The notes under the pieces are model-generated. The model was given only the letters and a program-made list of their open reading frames with translations, did not search any database and was not told the DNA's origin. A stretch of 64,000 nucleotides of DNA from Candidatus Hydrogenedentota bacterium. Its GTDB lineage: Bacteria; Hydrogenedentota; Hydrogenedentia; Hydrogenedentales; SLHB01. The DNA lies in assembly GCA_963674865.2 (NCBI GenBank), contig CAXXYE010000003.1, positions 26,373 through 90,372 of the forward strand, written 5' to 3'. The position numbers and the translations under genes are program-made. This document shows positions 18,732 through 26,098 of the stretch, piece after piece (position 1 is the stretch's first letter; each line of letters opens with the position of its first letter).

Positions 18732-20872
18732 GCTCCCTTCTCCGGCACGTGGCGGTAGCGGCTCAGGATTTCCTCTTGTAGATTCGGCTTGAGCTTGACG
18801 AAATGCGCGCTGAAACCCGTGACGCGTATGACGAGGTCGCGGTGGCGTTCCGGGTGGTCGATGGCGTCCCGAAGCATCTCGGGCGTGGTTGAGTTGATGA
18901 TGACTTGCGTGCCGCCAAGACGGAAAAAGCCGCCGATCAGGCTCAAGAGCGATTCCGCCCCGTCGGCGTTGTCGAACAAGGCCGGCGACACGTCGAGGTG
19001 CAGCGGCGAGGACGCGCCCCGGCCCGGCTGTACCGCCGCCACCGAGCGCGCCATGGCCGTGTAGCCTTGCCGGGCGCAGCCTTCCACGGGATTGGCGCCA
19101 TGGGCGAGAGGTTCCCCCGCCAAGCGGCCGTCGGGCGTGGCCTTTGAGGCGCGTGTCGTGGCGTGGCAGACGTAGCTGTAGAAGCCTGGGAGGATGTGGA
19201 AGCGGCCATCCGGAGGCTGGGCGGTTTGCGCGGCTTTCACGCAGAGGTCCCGCACGCGGCGGGCGATACCATCCGAATGCGCGCCATCGTTCCCGAACTT
19301 CGGTGCCTGTTGCAGGGCCGCGCGCAGCGATGCGTGTTCGGCGAAATTGCCGTCGAGGGCTTGGTGGATCTCGTCCCACGCGTGCGGGCCGCGGCCTTCG
19401 ACAACGGCGTCCAAGGCCGTGAGTGAATCGACCACGTTGGCGAGTCCCATCAGATCGGCGACGAAGTAGTTGTATTCGAGCGCCCCGTCAAACACGTCGC
19501 GAGCTTTCTCGATGGGGCCGTGGCCGAACAGCGATCCGACGAGTTCGGGGAAAGCCCGCCCGGCCTCATCGAGGTGGGCGTTGTAGCAGGCGCCGGCGTA
19601 CTCGAAGGTATGGCCCACTGTTTCCTCGAAGAACTCCCAGAGCCGTTCAAGGCTCGGCTGGCCGCCCTGCATCATGCGATCCCACGCCGCCGACAGCGCG
19701 GCCGCCAGGTTGAGCTTGGTTCCGTCCGCCAAGCCGTAATGCCTGCCCGGCACCGTCCACCAGTGGCAGCCTCCGTAGGCATAGGTGCGCGCCACGGACT
19801 CGGCCATGCCGTTGGCCACGAGGCCCGGCGCTATCGCCGCGTCGTTCACGAGCGTCGGCGTGCCTTCACCCGTCTCTAACAGGCAGCGTGCGGCGAGTTG
19901 CAGAAGGTCCGGGGGCGTCCCTGCGTGGACTCGGAGGCCGATATTTGCAGGGCCGCGAATCTCACGCCATGCCTCGAGGACGAGGTACGAGACACGATTG
20001 GACGCATCGTTCCCCTCGGCGTCCGTTCCCCCGATGCACATGAAGTGCGTGTCGTGAACGAGCAACGCCTTGAGCAGGAAGCGGGCCTGTCTATCATCCA
20101 GCCGGCCCGCGGCGGCGTCCGCCTCGTAGAAGGGATGGAGCAGGAGGTCGATCCGGCCGATGACGTTGGAGCGGTTGTAGGCCCGGTTCAGCGTCATGAA
20201 GAGCGAGAGCCAGATCATGGCCTGCCCAAAAGTCTGAGGCGGGGCCTCCACAACGGCGTCGATGTCGTTGGCCAGTTGAAGCAAGGCTCGCGCTTCTCGG
20301 CCCATTGCCGACTCGGCCAGTTCCCGGGCGTGGACAGCATGCTTTCGGATGAATGCTTGGGCGGCCTCGATGATGGTATCCAGTGCCTGCAGGTAGCGAA
20401 GATCGTCGCCGGCCCGGCTGGCCTGGGCCTGGTGGATGCGGCGCCGGATGCCGCCCCAGCCTTGGGCGAGGCCGATTTCGAGGTCGGGCGCCCAGTGGCC
20501 GGGCATGCCGATGTTCACGTGGCACCCGCGCGCGCCCCACAAGGCATCGCGGTCGATGCCGATCCGCTCATCGTCAAAGGTGGCTTGCTCCAGGAGGTCC
20601 CACAGGACGTATCCGAAGGCGCCGGGGAGGGGATCGTAGGCTTCGACGAACGGCGGCGTGGCTTCCAGCACGGCCGCATACTGCCGCGCCAGGTGAATTG
20701 GACAACGCCGCCCGGAATCGAGGCCATCCTCGATCCGCGGGCGCGGCAATCCGTCCAGAGGACGCCTTCCTGTGTGATCGGTGTTCTCGTTTTCCAGCGC
20801 CCCGGCCCAGGCGGCGCGGCGTTCCAGCAGCTTCTCGCGGCTCTCGGCTAGGTCATAGGGGAAGGCGTTCAT
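18722..20872 (-). CDS. Glycyl-radical-enzyme-like protein (PFL2/glycerol-dehydratase-like family), 716 aa
   Basis: C-terminus GGTQVIINSTTPEMLRDAIDHPERHRDLVIRVTGFSAHFVKLKPNLQEEILSRY matches the GRE glycyl-radical domain (RVxG[YF]). Start MNAFPYDL is at 20872. Confidence 0.65.
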   Translation of the reverse strand: MNAFPYDLAESREKLLERRAAWAGALENENTDHTGRRPLDGLPRPRIEDGLDSGRRCPIHLARQYAAVLEATPPFVEAYDPLPGAFGYVLWDLLEQATFDDERIGIDRDALWGARGCHVNIGMPGHWAPDLEIGLAQGWGGIRRRIHQAQASRAGDDLRYLQALDTIIEAAQAFIRKHAVHARELAESAMGREARALLQLANDIDAVVEAPPQTFGQAMIWLSLFMTLNRAYNRSNVIGRIDLLLHPFYEADAAAGRLDDRQARFLLKALLVHDTHFMCIGGTDAEGNDASNRVSYLVLEAWREIRGPANIGLRVHAGTPPDLLQLAARCLLETGEGTPTLVNDAAIAPGLVANGMAESVARTYAYGGCHWWTVPGRHYGLADGTKLNLAAALSAAWDRMMQGGQPSLERLWEFFEETVGHTFEYAGACYNAHLDEAGRAFPELVGSLFGHGPIEKARDVFDGALEYNYFVADLMGLANVVDSLTALDAVVEGRGPHAWDEIHQALDGNFAEHASLRAALQQAPKFGNDGAHSDGIARRVRDLCVKAAQTAQPPDGRFHILPGFYSYVCHATTRASKATPDGRLAGEPLAHGANPVEGCARQGYTAMARSVAAVQPGRGASSPLHLDVSPALFDNADGAESLLSLIGGFFRLGGTQVIINSTTPEMLRDAIDHPERHRDLVIRVTGFSAHFVKLKPNLQEEILSRYRHVPEKGACR

Positions 20873-20916
20873 GGTTCTTCGCTCACACCGCGGACACGCA
20901 GGAGCGCATCCCTCCC

Positions 20917-21936
20917 TTAGCGCCACCAGTTGGCCCGGAGGTAGTCGATGTAGAACTCGGCGTTCTCCACGGGGACATTGCTCGGGATGTGATTGCCCAC
21001 CGCGAAGATGAAGCCGGGGCAAGGCAGGGCCAGTTCGAGTGTGGCGTCAATCTCGGCCTGGATGTCTTCCTTCGTCCCGAAGGTCATGGTGCGGCAATCC
21101 ACCTTGCTGCCGGCAATCACGTGCGTTTGGCCGTACTTCTCGACGACGGGATCGAGGGCCGTCATCGGCTCGAAGATGAATCCGTGCGCGCCGGCGGCGG
21201 CGATGTCGTCTATAAACTGGGAGTAGGTGCCGTCGCTGCAATACAGGATCCGGATGCCGGCCGCGTGGAGCACGGCCCATAGCTCGGCATAGCGCGGGAA
21301 GATGACGCGCCGGTAAAAGTCCGGGTGCATGAACGGCCCCTGCGTCCACACCATGTCGTCATGGCAGATGAACACCTTGATGGAAGTCTTGGCCCATGCC
21401 TTGATGTGGTGAAGGGTGAGGCGGAAGAAGGAATCGAGAACGTGTTCGAAGCGCTCCTGATCGGCCGCGGCGGCGAGGAGCATGTCCCAGCCGAACGTCT
21501 GGATCGCGCCCGAAACGATGGTTTTGTAATAGCCGCCGGGGAAGATCCAATTGGGATGCGCCGCCTGTGTCTCCCGGTAGGACTTGTCGTAGTAGGCGAT
21601 GAGTTCGTCCGTATCGGGAAGGCCGTATTCCTGTACCGCGTCAAACTCGAGCACCTGCTCCGGATCGGTGAAGGGACTGGGCGTTGGTTGGCGCCGATCT
21701 ACGCCGCCCTCGAGGAACTCGGCGTGGCCCATGTCGGTGACGCGTCCGCGCTCTTCCCAGGGGACGGGGCCGTCGTTGCAGTTCCACGTGAGATCGAATT
21801 CCCAGGCTTCCGGAAAGGAGCGCCCCGTTTCTCTCTCGATCTTGCGTTTAAGGGAGTCGTTGGAGCAGTACTCCGTATGAGCCAGCCGCTCCGTCGGCTT
21901 CAGATTAATCGTGTCCATTCCGATCTGGTAGCTCAT
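20917..21936 (-). CDS. Uroporphyrinogen-decarboxylase (URO-D) family protein
   Basis: 339 aa. ICHDDMVWTQGPFMHPDFYRRVIFPRY ... ILYCSDG ... GFIFEP is a URO-D-like layout. It is the first gene of the apparent URO-D/GRE/sulfatase operon. Confidence 0.6.
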   Translation of the reverse strand: MSYQIGMDTINLKPTERLAHTEYCSNDSLKRKIERETGRSFPEAWEFDLTWNCNDGPVPWEERGRVTDMGHAEFLEGGVDRRQPTPSPFTDPEQVLEFDAVQEYGLPDTDELIAYYDKSYRETQAAHPNWIFPGGYYKTIVSGAIQTFGWDMLLAAAADQERFEHVLDSFFRLTLHHIKAWAKTSIKVFICHDDMVWTQGPFMHPDFYRRVIFPRYAELWAVLHAAGIRILYCSDGTYSQFIDDIAAAGAHGFIFEPMTALDPVVEKYGQTHVIAGSKVDCRTMTFGTKEDIQAEIDATLELALPCPGFIFAVGNHIPSNVPVENAEFYIDYLRANWWR

Positions 21937-22186
21937 GATGCTCCTCCGTCGCTACGCGCCTCAGGCAAGTGAACATAACCTTACGAATCCGTGAAGGGAA
22001 AATCCATCATTTCGTCATGCGTTCCAGCGGCGGACTGTAATCCGCCGATACCGCTACGTGTCCCCCTTTCCGAGGATAACGGGATTTGCAGGATGTTTTG
22101 AGTGCCCATTCGCGCGTACTCAGTGGCAACATGCGCGGTTCCTCATCCCTTCTCTCTCTCTACGCTATCCTCTCTCGTATCCGCTC

Positions 22187-22276
22187 AATCCTGTTATCCC
22201 GTCCAAGAAGAAGCAAAAAGCGGGCACTGGCGCAAGCGAAGTCCGCCTCAGGCGGACGAAGACGTGTCTTTTCGCT
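22187..22276. repeat. Dispersed repeat family R2, copy a
   Basis: AATCCTGTTATCCCGTCCAAGAAGAAGC ... hairpin GTCCGCC-tca-GGCGGAC, then GAAGACGTGTCTTTTCGC. It is homologous to 31921..31986 and to the 52311..52745 block. Confidence 0.8.
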
Positions 22277-22373
22277 GGTGGCACGTACCGGTTTGGGAAT
22301 TACGCGGGCGGGCGGGATTGTTCTATCAGTCAATGGCCATATTCTTGGCTCGACGCTCTCTTGGAATGGTAAG

Positions 22374-23465
22374 ATGCACGCCAACTGGATGGATAATTCC
22401 TTGATCAGCACGGACGAGATACAAAGCTGGCTCAGCGAGGAGGAGCCAGCGCGGCTGGAGACGCTCTGGCGGCGGGCGAACGCCGTGCGCCGGGAGTGCG
22501 TGGGCGAGGAGGTCCACCTGCGCGGATTGATCGAGTTCTCGAACTACTGCGCGCGCCAATGCGCCTACTGCGGACTCCGCGCTCCCAACAAGGCCGTGGA
22601 ACGCTATCGCATGACGCAGGATGAGGTGATGGACTGCGCCCGCCAGGCCGTCCGCTACGGCTACGGAACCGTGGTGCTGCAATCAGGCGAAGACTACGGC
22701 ATCACCGGGGAATGGATGGCGGAGGTGATCCGGCGCGTCAAGGCGGAGACGCCGCTGGCCATCACGCTCAGTCTGGGCGAGCGAAGCGACGCCGATCTCC
22801 GCCTCTGGCGGGAGGCCGGGGCGGACAGGTACCTCCTGCGGTTCGAGACGTCCAACAGGCGCTTGTTCGACATCATCCATCCGCCGCGCGCGGGCGAGCA
22901 CTCCGATCGGGTGGCCATCCTACGCACCTTGGCGGAACTCGGCTACGAGGCCGGCAGCGGCGTCATGCTCGGCATTCCCGGACAGACGTATGACGATTTG
23001 GCGAGGGATATCGCGCTGTTTGCCGAACTGGACTTGGACATGATAGGCGTGGGGCCGTTCATCGCCCATCCGGGCACGCCGCTCGGCGAGGCCGGGGCGG
23101 AGGGGCAGGCCCCTGAAGGCGAGCAAGTCCCCAACACCGAGCTGATGACATACAAAGTCGTGGCCCTCACGCGGCTGGCATGTCCCTACACGAACATCCC
23201 GAGCACCACGGCGCTGGCCACCCTCAACCTCGCGACGGGCCGCGAGAAGGGCCTCGAACGCGGCGCGAACGTGGTGATGCCGAATCTCACGCCCCCCAAG
23301 TACCGCCTGCTCTATGAGATCTATCCCTCCAAAGCGTGCATTCACGAGACGGCGGGCGAGTGCCATCGCTGTATGACACGCCGTATCGAATCCATCGGCC
23401 GCACCGTCGGCAAAGGCCGCGGGGACTCGCCCAACAAGCTGCGCAGAATGACGGCGGTGAAGTAG
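22374..23465 (+). CDS. hydE: [FeFe]-hydrogenase maturase HydE (radical SAM, BioB-like)
   Basis: IEFSNYCARQCAYCGLRAPN radical-SAM cluster, VVLQSGEDYG, GADRYLLRFETSN, GSGVMLGIPGQTYDDL and DMIGVGPFIAHPGTPL all follow the HydE pattern. ATG 22374 is chosen because the upstream part of the track ORF merely translates repeat R2. Confidence 0.85.
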   Translation: MHANWMDNSLISTDEIQSWLSEEEPARLETLWRRANAVRRECVGEEVHLRGLIEFSNYCARQCAYCGLRAPNKAVERYRMTQDEVMDCARQAVRYGYGTVVLQSGEDYGITGEWMAEVIRRVKAETPLAITLSLGERSDADLRLWREAGADRYLLRFETSNRRLFDIIHPPRAGEHSDRVAILRTLAELGYEAGSGVMLGIPGQTYDDLARDIALFAELDLDMIGVGPFIAHPGTPLGEAGAEGQAPEGEQVPNTELMTYKVVALTRLACPYTNIPSTTALATLNLATGREKGLERGANVVMPNLTPPKYRLLYEIYPSKACIHETAGECHRCMTRRIESIGRTVGKGRGDSPNKLRRMTAVK

Positions 23466-23492
23466 CCTCGCCTCTCGGCAACCGTGCCGTCC
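23404..23492 (+). repeat. Left copy of an 89-nt direct repeat (hydE 3' end plus 27 nt downstream)
   Basis: It aligns without gaps to 25561..25649. The first 59 nt match at 43/59, and the last 30 nt (TAGCCTCGCCTCTCGGCAACCGTGCCGTCC, 23463..23492) are identical. Confidence 0.9.
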
Positions 23493-23608
23493 CCCATCTA
23501 TTTCCAGAGTCGCGAACGCTATCCAACTCCACTTCTGGCCCTCAACTCACCAATGAGCCAAACAGCGAGTGCGAGAATCTCTGCGAAACTTCTGCAATAC
23601 CATCCCCC

Positions 23609-23757
23609 TTGCCTCCGTGCCATGTCTGCCTTATACTGTGCTATCATCAGGACGCGGAAACTGGCGGCAATAGCCTAACGTCCTGTAAAGAAAGGCTTTA
23701 TGGGAGTTCCGTCGGGGGTCTTATACCGCGATGGCCCGGCCCAGAGGTCTAATAAGG
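23609..23757 (+). promoter_or_regulatory. Conserved upstream module, copy C (promoter P plus E3 core)
   Basis: TTGCCT-17-TATACT (23609..23637) matches 52793..52821 at 26/29. The E3 core CTGTAAAGAAAGGCTTTATGGGAGTTCCGTCGGGGGTCTTATACCGCGATGGCCCGGCCCAGAGG (23683..23757) is homologous to 53029..53098 and 54480..54548. Confidence 0.6.
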
Positions 23758-23792
23758 AAGCCATATGAACGTTGTTCGAGCAAGAGGACTAA

Positions 23793-24581
23793 TGGAATCT
23801 TCATGAACGAGCCTTCCCGCGTTTCTGGGAGATATTCTTCGAGGTCTTCGAAGCCCTGCCCAGGCAGGGCCCCGGCAATCGTGACTGCGCCGTAAGAGCG
23901 CTCCGTTTTTGCGAAGGGCTCCCGCATGCACCGGCAGTCCTCGACCTGGGCTGCGGAGTTGGTGGACAAACCTTGCAGCTCGCCGAACTCACATCGGGCT
24001 TCATCACAGCAATCGACAGCCATGCTCCGAGCATTGAACGTCTCAAGAAGACTCTCGCCGCGCGAGGTCTCTTGCAGCGCGTTCAGGCGCAGGTTGGCGA
24101 CATGGCGCATCTAGAGCTGTTGCCGGAAAGCTTCGACCTTATCTGGTCCGAAGGCGCGCTGTACAACATCGGGATTGGTAACGCCCTGCGCACCTGTCAC
24201 GGCCTGCTGCGGCCCGGTGGCTACCTCGCTTTCACCGACGCGGTCTGGCGCAAGGACGACCCACCACCCGAGGTCAAAGCGATCTTTGAGTACCCGTCCA
24301 TGGGGTGGGCCGATGATATCGTGGCGGCGACACAAGACTGCGGATTCGAGCTGGTTGGGCACTTCACACTTCCTGACGAAGCGTGGTGGGTCGATTTCTA
24401 CACTCCTATGGAGACTCGCATCACGGAGTTGCGTGGCAAGTATGCCGACGATGTTGAAGCCTCAACCATACTCGATCAACTCAGCCAAGAGCCTGAAATG
24501 CATCGCAGATATTCGGACTTCTACGCCTATGAGTTCCTTGTGGCACGTCGTCCCCTTGCGCAATCGGGCGGCCGGGATTAG
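23793..24581 (+). pseudogene. Class I SAM-dependent methyltransferase, start region apparently disrupted
   Basis: Motif I VLDLGCGVGGQT is encoded at 23937..23972, upstream of the TTG picked by the ORF track. The frame is open from 23793 (WNLHERAFPRFWEIFFEVFEALPRQGPG...) but contains no ATG or GTG. The nearby ATG 23803 is in another frame. Confidence 0.55.
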
Positions 24582-24650
24582 TAAAGGACTTGAACAGGGC
24601 GCTCCAGCGGGGCGAAGCCGCTGGACCTCGATCGTTGAGAGGGTGGTAGA

Positions 24651-25544
24651 ATGAAGATCGTCGCGGACTGGCACATCCATTCGCAGAATTCGTGCGATCA
24701 AGCTTGCATGACTCTTGCCGACCTTGTCGCCGAGGCCGACACCAAAGGCATCCGTGATTTGGGCCTTACGGATCATCTGCACACGCCCTACAACCTGCCG
24801 GATGTTGCCAAATCCCGAGCGGAATTCCTCTCTATCGGGCCTTCTCCCCGTTTCCATTTTGGCATCGAAGTAAGCTGTGTGTCGCAGTGGGAGCTTGAGG
24901 AAATAGCACGTGGAGAGTACCAAGATCCCACCTACGGGTTGCGCTCAGGAGGCCGAGCCGGGTGCGAATTGGCCATCGGGATCACGGCGGAACATATCCG
25001 GGCCTATCAGATCGAATATGTCGTTGGCGGCACACACTGGCCCCTGTACGTTCCCATGGAACGCCAAGCCGTCATCCGGGATTATCACCGACAAAACATG
25101 TTTCTGGCGACGCATCCGCTCGTGGATATTGTCGCCCATTCCTGGTGGTGGATGGGACATTGGCAGGACAGCAACGGGGACTACCCGGCCGAGCCCTGGT
25201 TTGACGATTTTGGTGTGATTCCCTGCTCGATGCACAATGAGTTTGCCGCCGCAGCGGCGGAGTCCGGCACGAAGGTGGAAATCAACATTGGGGCCAACCT
25301 CCTCAATCCGCATTATCCCGAGAGGTTTGTCGCCGCATACTTGGAGTACCTGTCAGAACTGCAATCGCAAGGAGTCTGCCTCAGCATCGGTTCGGACTGT
25401 CACTCCGCTCACTATGACGTCGATTTCGACAGGGCCGCTCACATGTTGGAAGGTGCAGGAATCATTGATGACTTCTGGTGTCTTGGGCCGAGAACAAACG
25501 AGAACAGGGCTGCCAAGAAGCCAAATGCACGCGACGGCTCATAG
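24651..25544 (+). CDS. PHP-domain metal-dependent phosphoesterase
   Basis: MKIVADWHIHSQNS ... GLTDHLHTP ... VVGGTHWP ... VAHSWW ... IGSDCHSA is the PHP/histidinol-phosphatase-like His/Asp pattern. GC is lower than in the flanks. Confidence 0.7.
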   Translation: MKIVADWHIHSQNSCDQACMTLADLVAEADTKGIRDLGLTDHLHTPYNLPDVAKSRAEFLSIGPSPRFHFGIEVSCVSQWELEEIARGEYQDPTYGLRSGGRAGCELAIGITAEHIRAYQIEYVVGGTHWPLYVPMERQAVIRDYHRQNMFLATHPLVDIVAHSWWWMGHWQDSNGDYPAEPWFDDFGVIPCSMHNEFAAAAAESGTKVEINIGANLLNPHYPERFVAAYLEYLSELQSQGVCLSIGSDCHSAHYDVDFDRAAHMLEGAGIIDDFWCLGPRTNENRAAKKPNARDGS

Positions 25545-25649
25545 CCGCGCGTGATCCGCGGCGTCGGCAAGGACCGGGGTGATTCCTCCAACAAGCTGCG
25601 AAAAGCGTCGGCCGTCAAATAGCCTCGCCTCTCGGCAACCGTGCCGTCC
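25545..25649 (+). pseudogene. Remnant of a hydE C-terminus plus the right copy of the 30-nt core
   Basis: It starts directly after the PHP gene's stop and reads PRVIRGVGKDRGDSSNKLRKASAVK*, versus the HydE end IGRTVGKGRGDSPNKLRRMTAVK*. The core at 25620..25649 is identical to 23463..23492. Confidence 0.8.
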
Positions 25650-26098
25650 AGGAGTCCTTCGAACTCGCGTCCCAGCGCCTGCGCGACCTTGTTGGCCACG
25701 CGGGGATTGCGCGTTCGCCGGAGGCGAATTGCCGACTGGCAGGGACGTGTCCCGTGGAACGCGGCCGCGTTCAACACAGGCCGAAAGATGCGGCTCGTGC
25801 CGGACGTATCGAATGGCCGAGTGCTTGCCCTCACCGGTGAGGATGGGCGCCAGGGCGCGCCTCGTTGGTTTCCTTGCCGCCGAAGATACCGAGTTGCTTC
25901 AGAATCATGGTTCGGGTTTCTTGTTGTCTTGGGAGTTAGCCCAATGCTGGCCTCGTCTTCGGGGTGTCATGCGAGTTTCACGTTGCGCACTGACGCAGTT
26001 GAAACCGTCAGTCTTGAGATGCAAAACTGGATGCGGCAAGTAGGCCGGGGTTTGCTGCCGTCCCGCAGGACAACGACAGGGGAGGATTTCCTGGACTG

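Noticed and set aside
17295-19379. A 694-aa version of the sulfatase ORF, and the 766-aa version of the GRE-like ORF (18722..21022).
   Set aside because: The N-terminal extensions are Arg/Pro-rich and overlap the upstream genes. Internal ATGs with SD sequences (18731; 20872) start exactly where family-typical sequence begins.
22086-22373. An upstream extension of the hydE ORF (459 aa version).
   Set aside because: The extension translates the R2 dispersed repeat (SRPRRSKKRALAQAKSASGGRRRVF). The HydE homology starts after ATG 22374.
23463-25649. A tRNA or tmRNA gene as the integration target at the island borders.
   Set aside because: No cloverleaf-like sequence or T-loop (GGTTCGAATCC-like) motif was seen at either island border or anywhere else I scanned. 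The duplicated targets are the 3' ends of protein-coding genes.
25650-26098. ORFs 25439..25834 (-), 25579..26043 (+) and 25641..26099 (+), plus a short minus-strand start MILKQLGIFGGKETNE at about 25905.
   Set aside because: The frames break repeatedly and no domain is recognisable. The region is probably decayed DNA to the right of the hydE-end duplication rather than a functional gene.
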